Of a stretch of 64,000 nucleotides of DNA, positions 17,661 to 24,932 are shown one piece after another; positions within the stretch are counted from its first letter, which is position 1; each line of letters opens with the position of its first letter. This DNA is from a virus (taxonomy: Duplodnaviria > Heunggongvirae > Uroviricota > Caudoviricetes): the IMG/VR virus record IMGVR_UViG_3300042892_004166, positions 15,097 to 79,096 of that record; one strand, written 5' to 3'. The position numbers and the translations under genes are program-made. The notes beneath the pieces are model-generated. The model did no database searches and was not told the DNA's origin. It saw nothing but the letters and a program-made list of their open reading frames with translations.

Positions 17661-18019
17661 TGGCTAAATATAAAATACCTAGAGACCGGGTCTTTAAAGA
17701 CTTTGGAATTATGAGAACCATGTTTGGTACCTATATATGTCCGGGTTGGATTCCTGTAGATGAGGGAACAACTAGAGATGATGTAGAGTTCGATGACAGT
17801 ATAATTATTGAGAAACCAATAGTTCCAACCCAATTGAAGGCTGAACCACAGGTGGACCTAGAATTTAAGGTACCATCATCAAACGGAAAGTCAGAATATT
17901 TGGTCAAGTTTCAGAGAGGGGTTTGGAGTTGTAATTGTCCCGCATCGAGCTTCCGAAGAGGAGATTGTAAACATATCAAAGCCCTTTCAATTGAAAACCA
18001 ATCATCTAAAAATAAATAA
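17660..18019 (+). CDS. SWIM zinc-finger protein
   Basis: CxC...CxH signature: VWSCNCPASSFRRGDCKHIKAL. Confidence 0.45.
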   Translation: MAKYKIPRDRVFKDFGIMRTMFGTYICPGWIPVDEGTTRDDVEFDDSIIIEKPIVPTQLKAEPQVDLEFKVPSSNGKSEYLVKFQRGVWSCNCPASSFRRGDCKHIKALSIENQSSKNK

Positions 18020-18296
18020 AAAATAAATGGAATTTACATTGAATTTCATGAAACAAAAAGATATATAATACTATAATATACATAAGAAAATTAAATCTTA
18101 TATATAGATTAGAACAAATAAAACAATTACAATGCAAGCAATTCAACAACATATCATTTTTATGGAACAACCAGTCCTTACGACAGGTAGCCCGATATGT
18201 GCCTCTTATAGAAATAATGGGGATTGGAAGCATTATGGTTCTTTTGAAACAAAATTAGTTAATATGAGTTAAACTCTATTAACATACAAATATTCA

Positions 18297-18330
18297 AAAG
18301 GACCTTTCAGAAATGATTGGTCCTTTTTTG
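18297..18330 (+). terminator. Rho-independent terminator
   Basis: AGGACC-tttcagaaatgatt-GGTCCT followed by TTTTTT. Confidence 0.6.
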
Positions 18331-18416
18331 ATTTTATATGTCTCTGATGGTTATGGCGACCGGTAGCATTGCAAACGCTACAGATACAGTTCGATTCTGT
18401 ACGGAGACTCAAATTA

Positions 18417-18493
18417 AAACTTTAACATAATTTTAACACTTAAAGTTTTACCGATTGAAAGAATTGTTATATATTTACATAACAAATTAGAAC
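18417..18493 (+). promoter_or_regulatory. Intergenic cassette copy (hairpin-less variant) driving tRNA cluster 1
   Basis: CTTTAACATAATTTTAACAC ... TTGTTATATATTTACATAACAAATTAG. First tRNA starts 18526. Confidence 0.5.
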
Positions 18494-18525
18494 AAAGGTT
18501 CTTTGACATACTGATAACCAAATTT

Positions 18526-18597
18526 GCAGATATCGTATAATGGCCATTACTTTAGACTTCCAATCTAAAGATGGGAGTTCGATTCTCCCTATCTGCT
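18526..18597 (+). tRNA. tRNA-Gly: tRNA-Gly(TCC)
   Basis: Acceptor GCAGATA/TATCTGC. T-arm GGGAGTTCGATTCTCCC. Anticodon loop cTTCCaa. Confidence 0.55.
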
Positions 18598-18661
18598 CAA
18601 ACTATACTGCTCGTCATTGAGTAAATATTAAGGGTATTAAATTGATATACCACAGTGTAGC

Positions 18662-18737
18662 TATTATGTAGTGTAGATGGTTAGCACGGGTAGAGGTAAT
18701 AGTCTTCCAATCGCAGGTTCGAATCCTGTCATGATAA
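18662..18737 (+). tRNA. tRNA, anticodon undetermined
   Basis: Acceptor TATTATG/CATGATA (one GU). T-arm GCAGGTTCGAATCCTGT. Confidence 0.4.
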
Positions 18738-19197
18738 CTAAATTGATTGCCGGTCACAAGTATCGGTTCTTAACGGGAAATCGCTCTCGAGGTACTGTAA
18801 ATTGTATCGTGAACAGACTGGAACGCTTTCGTAACCGCATCCAAGTGGGCAGTAGGGGATGACGAAAAGAAATAAATTGTATAATGGCGAAAATATGGAA
18901 TCGGCCGATAAACATAGAAGTAGCATGAAACGAATATCCAAAGGAGAATATTCTCCGGAGAATAACGAAGCTCAGCGGTATCAATCAAACACCTCCTCGC
19001 GGTGATACTGGAAATTTAATTAGGCAGTTCATTCAATAAGCTTTAAGAATGTTCCGTTACTTTGAAAATACAAGTGATGCGCTCCGAAACCTAGTTAAAA
19101 ACCAAGTTTGAAATAATGCTTGTTCGTATAAAGGTAGTACAATGCTCTTTGACAGCATCGGAGGAGGATCGTTACCTCCACAGGCAACAAATAATTT

Positions 19198-19273
19198 CTG
19201 GATGTAGAGGAGCCCGGTTTATCTCGCTGGCCTTGGACGCTAGAGCACGCAGGTTCGAATCCTGCTATCCAGA
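19198..19273 (+). tRNA. tRNA-Pro: tRNA-Pro(TGG)
   Basis: Acceptor CTGGATG/TATCCAG. Anticodon arm CTGGC-cTTGGac-GCTAG. T-arm GCAGGTTCGAATCCTGC. Confidence 0.5.
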
Positions 19274-19332
19274 CACAGATGAGATTGTTACTAATTCATA
19301 GAACTACATATTGTGAGCATAGAATTAGATTT

Positions 19333-19405
19333 GCCCTGGTGGTGGAACGGTAGACACGCTAGTCTTAGGAACTAGATATTGAGGGTTCGAATCCCTCCCT
19401 GGGTA
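19333..19405 (+). tRNA. tRNA-Leu: tRNA-Leu(TAG)-like (short variable arm)
   Basis: Anticodon arm CTAGT-cTTAGga-ACTAG. T-arm GAGGGTTCGAATCCCTC. One acceptor mismatch. Confidence 0.4.
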
Positions 19406-19411
19406 CAAGGA

Positions 19412-19479
19412 TTAAAGTTAGCTTAGTAGTAAAGCACCGCACTGATAAAGCGGAGAAGGGATTCAAACACCCACTTTAA
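19412..19479 (+). tRNA. tRNA-like, possibly degenerate (anticodon loop ctGATaa; weak T-arm)
   Basis: Acceptor TTAAAGT/ACTTTAA is perfect. D-arm GCTT-agtagta-AAGC. T-loop ATTCAAA is non-canonical. Confidence 0.3.
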
Positions 19480-19486
19480 TTGATTT

Positions 19487-19558
19487 GCCTCTAAAGCATA
19501 AATGGTGATGCGCTTGTTTTGTACACAAGATAACAGGGTTCGATTCCTTGTAGAGGCT
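19487..19558 (+). tRNA. tRNA-Thr: tRNA-Thr(TGT)
   Basis: Acceptor GCCTCTA/TAGAGGC. Anticodon arm CTTGT-ttTGTac-ACAAG. T-arm CAGGGTTCGATTCCTTG. Confidence 0.6.
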
Positions 19559-19564
19559 CTAAAT

Positions 19565-19636
19565 GTTGCGTTAGTGAAGGGGTAAACACGTATCACTTTC
19601 TATGATGAGGCATGGGTTCGAATCCCATACGCAATA
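19565..19636 (+). tRNA. tRNA-Glu: tRNA-Glu(TTC)
   Basis: Anticodon arm TATCA-ctTTCta-TGATG. T-arm ATGGGTTCGAATCCCAT. Confidence 0.55.
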
Positions 19637-19675
19637 CTACGTTGGTTCGCACTAAACAGTCGAGGAAGTGCATTT

Positions 19676-19747
19676 GGGGTTATAGTGAAATTGGCATCAC
19701 GATAGATTTGCATTCTGTTATTCCGGGTTCGAATCCCGGTAGCTCCA
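19676..19747 (+). tRNA. tRNA-Ala: tRNA-Ala(TGC)
   Basis: D-arm GTGAaattggcaTCAC. Anticodon arm ATAGA-ttTGCat-TCTGT. T-arm CCGGGTTCGAATCCCGG. Confidence 0.55.
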
Positions 19748-19752
19748 CAAAA

Positions 19753-19828
19753 GGTCTTGTGAGCCCCATTGGTCGGGGAATTGCACTGTCACTGCTCTAA
19801 AATGAGGGTTCGAAACCCTCCGGGACCG
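19753..19828 (+). tRNA. tRNA, anticodon undetermined
   Basis: Acceptor GGTCTTG/CGGGACC (two GU). T-arm GAGGGTTCGAAACCCTC. Confidence 0.4.
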
Positions 19829-19837
19829 CAAAATAAT

Positions 19838-19911
19838 CGAGGTGTAGTAGAGTTGGTAACAATGTCGCCCTGTCACGGCGAAGGTCACGGGTTCGAGTCC
19901 CGTCATCTCGG
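19838..19911 (+). tRNA. tRNA-Asp: tRNA-Asp(GTC)
   Basis: Anticodon arm TCGCC-ctGTCac-GGCGA. T-arm ACGGGTTCGAGTCCCGT. Confidence 0.6.
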
Positions 19912-20015
19912 CAACAAACTGGATAGGCAAGTATAGAATCTGCAAATTCTATCGGGACTATAAGGTTACTACATATGATAAAGAGTACTTTGCAGACGAA
20001 ATTTATTTAGTAGTT

Positions 20016-20104
20016 TTCTCTTTGGTGAAATTGGCAAACATGGACCACTATTGAATGTGGTTGCTCAACGTAAGTTGATGAAGGTTCGAGTCCTTCAAGG
20101 GAAA
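20016..20104 (+). tRNA. Type II (long variable arm) tRNA, anticodon uncertain (Ser/Leu class)
   Basis: Acceptor TTCTCTT/AAGGGAA. T-arm GAAGGTTCGAGTCCTTC. 89 nt. Confidence 0.4.
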
Positions 20105-20109
20105 CAAAT

Positions 20110-20183
20110 AGCGGGTTGGTAGAAGTTGGTATCTCGTGAGCCTCATAAGCTTAAGGTCGGGGGTTCGAGTCCCTCACCCGCAA
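20110..20183 (+). tRNA. tRNA-Met: tRNA-Met/Ile2(CAT)
   Basis: Anticodon arm TGAGC-ctCATaa-GCTTA. T-arm GGGGGTTCGAGTCCCTC. Confidence 0.5.
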
Positions 20184-20278
20184 CAAAGGAATAATTACTC
20201 CAGTATGATTGGTAAGCGCCGGGAACTAAGGCCCGGTTGGCAAAGTAAATTATTTAGAGGTAAGCAAAAGACTAAATT

Positions 20279-20350
20279 GGATCTTTAGCTCAGAGGCAGA
20301 GCGGTTGTTTGTTAGGCAACGGGTCGAGATTTCGAAATTCTCAGGGTCCT
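20279..20350 (+). tRNA. tRNA-Asn: tRNA-Asn(GTT) copy 1
   Basis: D-arm GCTCagaggcaGAGC. Anticodon arm GTTGT-ttGTTag-GCAAC. T-arm GAGATTTCGAAATTCTC. Confidence 0.5.
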
Positions 20351-20356
20351 CAAAAT

Positions 20357-20428
20357 TCTTCTCTCGTATAAAGGTTATTACGGATGACTGTTAATCATTT
20401 TATCTAGGTTCGAGTCCTAGGGGAAGAG
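20357..20428 (+). tRNA. tRNA-Asn: tRNA-Asn(GTT) copy 2
   Basis: Anticodon arm GATGA-ctGTTaa-TCATT. T-arm CTAGGTTCGAGTCCTAG. Confidence 0.5.
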
Positions 20429-20492
20429 CAAATTACCATTAAGGAATGATACGAGCCTGCAAAGTTCGAAAAGAGTCAGATGGTAATCAACT

Positions 20493-20566
20493 AGTGGTAT
20501 AGCTCAATTGGTTAGAGCACTTCGCTGATACCGAAGAGGTTTTAGGTTCGATTCCTAATATCACTA
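20493..20566 (+). tRNA. tRNA-Ile: tRNA-Ile(GAT)
   Basis: D-arm GCTCaattggttaGAGC. Anticodon arm CTTCG-ctGATac-CGAAG. T-arm TTAGGTTCGATTCCTAA. Confidence 0.6.
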
Positions 20567-20572
20567 CAATAA

Positions 20573-20654
20573 GGGTAGCAAAAGTCGTTCGGATACGGCA
20601 GCCGGTCTGTAAAATCGGTCTCTAAAGGGAGTGGTTCGAGTCCACTGCTGCCCA
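20573..20654 (+). tRNA. tRNA-Tyr: tRNA-Tyr(GTA), extended variable arm
   Basis: Anticodon arm CCGGT-ctGTAaa-ATCGG. T-arm AGTGGTTCGAGTCCACT. Confidence 0.5.
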
Positions 20655-20678
20655 CGTAAAAAAGAGATGTTGGTTCGA

Positions 20679-20703
20679 ATCCAACCTGGTCCTGGGAAAC
20701 TGG
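20679..20703 (+). other. Orphan T-arm/acceptor-like fragment (GTTGGTTCGAATCCAAC-CTGGTCC) without a matching 5' half
   Basis: T-arm motif present but no complementary acceptor within 90 nt upstream that is not already used by tRNA-Tyr. Confidence 0.3.
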
Positions 20704-20734
20704 GTCGGTATTATAACGGATATTATACTTTTAT

Positions 20735-20810
20735 GGACCTTTGGTATAGCTGGTGCGTACGCTAGTCTGAAGAACTAGAGGAGTAGGTTCGATTCCTACA
20801 GGGTCCACCA
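20735..20810 (+). tRNA. tRNA-Phe: tRNA-Phe(GAA) with encoded CCA
   Basis: Anticodon arm CTAGT-ctGAAga-ACTAG. T-arm GTAGGTTCGATTCCTAC. Ends AGGGTCC-A-CCA. Confidence 0.6.
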
Positions 20811-20989
20811 AAATGTCCGTAGTCAATGGTGACAACTGGATCTTTTAACTAGTTATGTATGGAACACTTTAGACGTAAGGTGGAAAATCATGAAGAGTTA
20901 AATAGAATATGCCTCTGAAAGGTCGACAAGATGAGAGTATTTGACAAGATTCGGTAGACAGGTTCGATCCCTGTTACGTGGCTCTAAAA

Positions 20990-21067
20990 TGCGATGTTGG
21001 TCAGAGACGGTCTCATGAGCCGTATCGGTAGATATACCCTCCAGAGGTTCAACTCCTCTAATCGCAA
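20990..21067 (+). tRNA. tRNA, anticodon undetermined
   Basis: Acceptor TGCGATG/AATCGCA (6/7). T-arm AGAGGTTCAACTCCTCT. Confidence 0.35.
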
Positions 21068-21074
21068 CTAGGTC

Positions 21075-21165
21075 AGATATGTAGCTCAGTGGTAGAGCAA
21101 TCCTCAGTACTTCGCAGTTGCAAGGAACATGGACGTGCCGGACAGTTCAATTCTGCCCATATCTA
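21075..21165 (+). tRNA. Long tRNA (91 nt) with canonical D-arm TAGCTCAGTGGTAGAGC; anticodon arm not resolved
   Basis: Acceptor AGATATG/CATATCT is perfect. 41 nt lie between D-arm and T-arm. Confidence 0.4.
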
Positions 21166-21241
21166 CAAAAAAATCGTCTTGGGTCATTTAATATGATTTA
21201 ATGGGTAAAACCTGGTAGGTTAAGCGATATCCTACATATTT

Positions 21242-21312
21242 ACGGGTGTAGTGCAACGGTAGCATTCTGGTCTCCAACACCAGCGATGGGGGTTCAAATC
21301 CCTCCACCCGTG
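21242..21312 (+). tRNA. tRNA-Trp: tRNA-Trp(CCA)
   Basis: Acceptor ACGGGTG/CACCCGT is perfect. Anticodon arm CTGGT-ctCCAac-ACCAG. T-arm GGGGGTTCAAATCCCTC. Confidence 0.65.
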
Positions 21313-21319
21313 CTGTAAG

Positions 21320-21394
21320 GTTCTTGTAGCTAAATTGGTGAAGGCGCTCGGCTCATAACCGAGAGATATGGAGGTTCGATCCCTCCCAAGGACA
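21320..21394 (+). tRNA. tRNA-Met: tRNA-Met/fMet/Ile2(CAT)
   Basis: Anticodon arm CTCGG-ctCATaa-CCGAG. T-arm GGAGGTTCGATCCCTCC. Confidence 0.6.
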
Positions 21395-21399
21395 CAATT

Positions 21400-21472
21400 A
21401 GTCTATTAGTTCAACGGATAGTAACATTCGACTACGGATCGGAAGATGAGGGTTCGAATCCTTCATAGACTA
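21400..21472 (+). tRNA. tRNA-Arg: tRNA-Arg(ACG)
   Basis: Acceptor AGTCTAT/ATAGACT is perfect. Anticodon arm TTCGA-ctACGga-TCGGA. T-arm GAGGGTTCGAATCCTTC. Confidence 0.6.
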
Positions 21473-21517
21473 CTAAGGCAAATTTAAAAGTTCGAATAAT
21501 ATGTAGATATATATAAT

Positions 21518-22150
21518 ATGAAAACATGTGAAAATTGCAACAACGAACATGAAGGAACTTATGGTTCTGGCAGATTCTGTTCAACAAAATGTTCTAGAGG
21601 TTTTAGTACTAAAGCCAAAAGAAAAGAAATTAATGAAAAAGTTTCTAAAAAAATAAGTGCCAATGCAAACCCTGACGTTAAACTATGTTGCATGTCATGT
21701 CAAAATGAATTTACGGTAAAATGGCACAAAAGAAATTCTAAATTTTGTTCTAAATCATGTGCAGTTGCACATCCTAATCATTTAGAATACAGTAGAAGAG
21801 GTGGATTAAATAGCGCTAAATCTCAAAATAAAAGAAGCAAAAATGAAATACTATTTGCTGAATTATGTCAAAATGAATTTAAAAATATTTTAACAAATGA
21901 ATGTATATTTAATGGATGGGATGCAGACGTTATAATACCTTCAATAAAAATTGCTATTTTATGGAATGGTAAATGGCACTATGAAAAAATTACCAAAAAT
22001 CATTCATTAGAACAGGTCCAAAACAGAGATAGGATAAAAATCCAAGAAATAATTAAATGTGGATATGTTCCTTATATAATTAAAGATTCTGGTAGATATA
22101 ATGAAAAATTTGTATTAAGTGAATTTGAAAAATTAAAAAATGCGATATAA
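21518..22150 (+). CDS. Putative homing endonuclease: N-terminal Cys-rich zinc-binding repeats + C-terminal DUF559/Vsr-like PD-(D/E)xK nuclease domain
   Basis: CENCNNEH...CSTKCSRGF and CCMSCQNEF...CSKSCAVAH. C-terminal GWDADVIIPSIKIAILWNGKWH...RDRIKIQEIIKCGYVPYII. Sits between tRNA clusters, as T4 segB does. Confidence 0.45.
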   Translation: MKTCENCNNEHEGTYGSGRFCSTKCSRGFSTKAKRKEINEKVSKKISANANPDVKLCCMSCQNEFTVKWHKRNSKFCSKSCAVAHPNHLEYSRRGGLNSAKSQNKRSKNEILFAELCQNEFKNILTNECIFNGWDADVIIPSIKIAILWNGKWHYEKITKNHSLEQVQNRDRIKIQEIIKCGYVPYIIKDSGRYNEKFVLSEFEKLKNAI

Positions 22151-22212
22151 CTCAGAGGAAGAGTACTCCGCTCATATTGGAGATGTCAGGATTTCGAAAT
22201 TCCTTATCGCAA
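22141..22212 (+). tRNA. tRNA-Met: tRNA-Met/Ile2(CAT), overlaps the 3' end of the upstream CDS
   Basis: Acceptor TGCGATA/TATCGCA is perfect. D-arm ACTCagaggaaGAGT. Anticodon arm CTCCG-ctCATat-TGGAG. Confidence 0.6.
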
Positions 22213-22222
22213 CAAAATACAA

Positions 22223-22295
22223 TCTCTCGAAGCTCATGTGGACGGGCACTCCGCTTTTAACGGAGGGGTAGATGGTTCGAGGCCATCCGGGGGAA
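22223..22295 (+). tRNA. tRNA-Lys: tRNA-Lys(TTT)
   Basis: Anticodon arm CTCCG-ctTTTaa-CGGAG. T-arm GATGGTTCGAGGCCATC. Confidence 0.6.
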
Positions 22296-22359
22296 CAATT
22301 AGACTGTTAAGGTAGGACGTCAGTCACGGAGAGGTGAGCCATACCTAACCCTCTCAAAA

Positions 22360-22430
22360 CTCGAATTGGCGTAATGGTAGCGTATTTGTTTTACATGCAA
22401 AGGGCAGTGGTTCGATTCCACTATTCGAGA
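22360..22430 (+). tRNA. tRNA-Val: tRNA-Val(TAC)
   Basis: Acceptor CTCGAAT/ATTCGAG is perfect. Anticodon arm TTTGT-ttTACat-GCAAA. T-arm AGTGGTTCGATTCCACT. Confidence 0.6.
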
Positions 22431-22437
22431 CTAATAT

Positions 22438-22510
22438 GGTGTTTCTAGCTTAATCGGTAAAGTGCTACACTGTGAATGTAGAGAACAGGGTTCGAAACCC
22501 GGAAACACAC
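22438..22510 (+). tRNA. tRNA-His: tRNA-His(GTG)
   Basis: Anticodon arm CTACA-ctGTGaa-TGTAG. Discriminator C with an extra 5' G. T-arm CAGGGTTCGAAACCCGG. Confidence 0.55.
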
Positions 22511-22604
22511 GACGATACCCAGAGGGTATAAGTCCTGGTCAGAGATTTATTCTTGCAAACTTGGTACCTAAAGCCGAGCGGCCAATCTACGGGATTGGCT
22601 TTAT

Positions 22605-22677
22605 GCCCCTATAGCATAAATGGAAATGCAACATCCTTCTAAGATGTTAAATGGAGATTCGAATTCTTCTAGGGGTA
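22605..22677 (+). tRNA. tRNA-Arg: tRNA-Arg(TCT)
   Basis: D-arm GCATaaatggaaATGC. Anticodon arm ACATC-ctTCTaa-GATGT. T-arm GGAGATTCGAATTCTTC. Confidence 0.65.
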
Positions 22678-22687
22678 CAAACAAATT

Positions 22688-22781
22688 GGAAGATTAAGCC
22701 GAAAGAGTCTGGGTACCGGCAGCGCACTTGAAATGCGTCGATCATTAAAATGGTGTGGGGGTTCGAATCCGTCATCTTCCG
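22688..22781 (+). tRNA. tRNA-Ser: tRNA-Ser(TGA), type II
   Basis: Acceptor GGAAGAT/ATCTTCC is perfect. Anticodon arm GCGCA-ctTGAaa-TGCGT. Long variable arm. Unusually large D-loop. Confidence 0.45.
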
Positions 22782-22791
22782 CAATTAACTT

Positions 22792-22877
22792 GGAGAGTAA
22801 TCTGAAGTGGCTTCAGTGCTGTTTGCTAAACAGTTGGTCCGGGAGAACCGGATGGGGATCGTAACCTCTGCTCTCCG
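22792..22877 (+). tRNA. tRNA-Ser: tRNA-Ser(GCT), type II
   Basis: Acceptor GGAGAGT/GCTCTCC. Anticodon arm GCTGT-ttGCTaa-ACAGT. Variable-arm hairpin TCCGG-gagaa-CCGGA. Confidence 0.55.
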
Positions 22878-22892
22878 CAAATATTTAATATC

Positions 22893-23405
22893 ATGAACAT
22901 TTTTAACAAAACATTAGTAATCGATTCGAGCTATATGCCTCGAAGTGTTATCAGTAGTCTTAGAGCATTTTCAATAGTGTATAAGGGAAACGCAAAAGTG
23001 ATTTGGGAGCATGATTGTAAATTTGGTCTATGCGACCCTGATGCTGAAATCTATAAGCCTTCGATTATAAAAGTACAAAAGTACATTTATACTGAGCACC
23101 GAAACGTTCCTCTAACCAGAGAAAATGTCTTTAAGAGAGACAACCATAAATGCGTTTATTGCGAAGAATCCGACAGAAAGAAACTTACAATAGACCATGT
23201 TATTCCCCAATCAAAAGGAGGTCCTAACACCTGGGAAAATCTTACCACTGCCTGCAAAAAATGCAATGGTGAAAAAGCAGACTTAAGTCTGGAAGAGTAC
23301 GGTAAGACCATTCCGCAACCCAGAAGACCTCATTTCCTTATGTTAATGAAACATATCGAAAACATTCCAGACGAATGGAAACAATATCTATTTTTCGACA
23401 AGTAG
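22893..23405 (+). CDS. HNH endonuclease (homing-endonuclease-like), immediately 3' of tRNA cluster 2
   Basis: DNHKCVYCEESDRKKLTIDHVIPQSKGGPNTWENLTTACKKCNGEK is an HNH motif with Zn ligands. Confidence 0.7.
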   Translation: MNIFNKTLVIDSSYMPRSVISSLRAFSIVYKGNAKVIWEHDCKFGLCDPDAEIYKPSIIKVQKYIYTEHRNVPLTRENVFKRDNHKCVYCEESDRKKLTIDHVIPQSKGGPNTWENLTTACKKCNGEKADLSLEEYGKTIPQPRRPHFLMLMKHIENIPDEWKQYLFFDK

Positions 23406-23412
23406 ATTCTCA

Positions 23413-23439
23413 AAGCCCGGTTAATGCCGGGCTTTTTTG
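23413..23439 (+). terminator. Rho-independent terminator
   Basis: AGCCCGG-ttaat-GCCGGGCT + TTTTTT. Confidence 0.65.
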
Positions 23440-23448
23440 TGTAAAATT

Positions 23449-23523
23449 GTTAATAACTTTTTGGGATTAATGTTTCCTGATAAAAAGTTTTTGATTATAT
23501 TTACATATCTAATTAAAACAAAG
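23449..23523 (+). promoter_or_regulatory. Intergenic cassette copy
   Basis: TTGTTAATAACTTTTTG ... TTGATTATATTTACATATCTAATTAAAACAAAG. ATG at 23530. Confidence 0.55.
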
Positions 23524-23529
23524 AAAATT

Positions 23530-23679
23530 ATGAATGCAATAGAAATATTAATGTTAGAAAATCAAATAGTGATGATGCAAGCATTGTATGACATGTCAGA
23601 GTTGTCTCACTCAAAAATGGAAGAACTGAGACAACAAATTAAAAAATCTAAAGAATTATTAGCTTTTTATAAATTATAA
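23530..23679 (+). CDS. Small hypothetical protein (49 aa)
   Basis: The track ORF 23437..23679 has an upstream extension that translates the promoter core. ATG at 23530 follows the cassette. Confidence 0.35.
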   Translation: MNAIEILMLENQIVMMQALYDMSELSHSKMEELRQQIKKSKELLAFYKL

Positions 23680-23758
23680 TTAAAATAAAGAAACAAAAAC
23701 CTACCCATTGAATATAACTTAAGTCTTTAAGCCTTTGGGTAAAATAAACAAGCAAACT

Positions 23759-24514
23759 ATGAAAAATGTACACTTATTAGCAACACCGAATCCAAGCAGA
23801 TTATATTATCTAGGTAATAGTTCTGAGTTAACTCTTAGCAAATATACTTCGCTGTTTAGGGCCTTTGAAAGAAGTACTCAGCAGCTCTATATTACTGCCA
23901 ATGGTAAATTTAATAGAGGAGATTACGTTACAGACGGGATTGAGGTAATGAAAGCCAGTCCAAAGCTGGTTGATGCTCAAGGTTTAATTGATAGAAGAGA
24001 ATGGAAAAGGATTATCCTAACAACGGATACTGCTCTTATTAATGAAGGGGTTCAGGCCATTCCAGAGGAATTCTTAAAATGGTATATTAAGAATCAAAAT
24101 TGTGAAAAGATAGAAACAGTAGAAAAGAGCAGATGCTGCGGTCGATGTAATGGAGTTGATGACCTTTGTTTTACAGACATGACATGCACATTGCATCAAG
24201 GTCGTGGATGCGAAACTTGTTATGGAAAGAGGGTTGAATATTCAATAAACCTTCCCAAAGATGAAATAATGGAAAGGTTTATCCAAAATGCTAAACAAGA
24301 AACACTTGAAGAAACTATTGATAAGGCATCATTACTAGAATTTCCAATTAAGGAATGGTATAGAAGTGATGATTATAACAGAGAAGAAATAACTGCAGCT
24401 AGAGATGGATTCAAAAGAGGTGCTAAATGGCAACAAGAACAAGATGCAAAAGAAATAAAACTTCTTAGAGAAGAGTTAGCATACGAAAAGAGAAATAAAA
24501 CAAGCAAACTATGA
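23759..24514 (+). CDS. Hypothetical Cys-rich protein
   Basis: Start chosen at ATG 23759, preceded by AACAAGCAAACT. The same 12-mer precedes the ATG at 24511. CCGRCNGVDDLC...CETCYGK cluster. Confidence 0.4.
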   Translation: MKNVHLLATPNPSRLYYLGNSSELTLSKYTSLFRAFERSTQQLYITANGKFNRGDYVTDGIEVMKASPKLVDAQGLIDRREWKRIILTTDTALINEGVQAIPEEFLKWYIKNQNCEKIETVEKSRCCGRCNGVDDLCFTDMTCTLHQGRGCETCYGKRVEYSINLPKDEIMERFIQNAKQETLEETIDKASLLEFPIKEWYRSDDYNREEITAARDGFKRGAKWQQEQDAKEIKLLREELAYEKRNKTSKL

Positions 24515-24729
24515 GAGAAGTTATATTTGGACTATTAGGAATTACAGCAGGATTATTTATAAGATTTGTAGTTATCGAACCGCTTAAAAAGGTCCGAATT
24601 AAAAAGTTACTAGCAAAGCGCAAATGGAAATGTTACGAATTTCATAGAGCTAATATGCCGCAGTATGGATGTACTCTCCAGTGTAAAGAATGCAGGCAAC
24701 ATCAATATTTTAAAATAAATAAGATATGA
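24511..24729 (+). CDS. Hypothetical small protein with N-terminal TM helix and CxxC pair
   Basis: ORF track. Confidence 0.35.
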   Translation: MREVIFGLLGITAGLFIRFVVIEPLKKVRIKKLLAKRKWKCYEFHRANMPQYGCTLQCKECRQHQYFKINKI

Positions 24730-24932
24730 AACAATTATTGCTTTTACTTGTATTACTATTATTAACCTCTTGTTCTGTAGAGCAGAGAATCTATAAACAC
24801 TCTTACACTAATGAATGGTGCTATACGGATAATGAAAGGTACCAAGTATATAAGACCGCTCTAGGCACTCGATATATTTTAGTCCTGAATGAGAAACAAA
24901 CCAGATTTAAAAGACAATATATAAAATTATGA
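24726..24932 (+). CDS. Small lipoprotein
   Basis: Signal peptide LLLLLVLLLLTSC lipobox. Confidence 0.4.
   Translation: MKQLLLLLVLLLLTSCSVEQRIYKHSYTNEWCYTDNERYQVYKTALGTRYILVLNEKQTRFKRQYIKL

Noticed and set aside
19412-19479. Calling a second tRNA-Ile(GAT) at 19412
   Set aside because: Acceptor and D-arm are fine, but the T-loop (ATTCAAA) and T-stem do not fold canonically, and a clean tRNA-Ile(GAT) exists at 20493. Kept only as a low-confidence tRNA-like element.
18677-19945. Track ORFs inside tRNA clusters (18677..18862+, 18738..18988-, 19116..19301+, 19612..19800+, 19718..19945-, 53989..54228-)
   Set aside because: They overlap well-formed tRNA genes or untranslated structured spacers. 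They are short, with no start context and biased composition.
23437-23529. ORF-track N-terminal extensions MCKIVNNFLGLMFPDKKFLIIFTYLIKTKKI (23437) and MIIFTYLIKTN (54524)
   Set aside because: Both extensions are simply the translation of the conserved promoter core TTGATTATATTTACATATCTAATTAAAAC (IIFTYLIKT). The real starts are the ATGs that follow the cassette (23530 and 54556).
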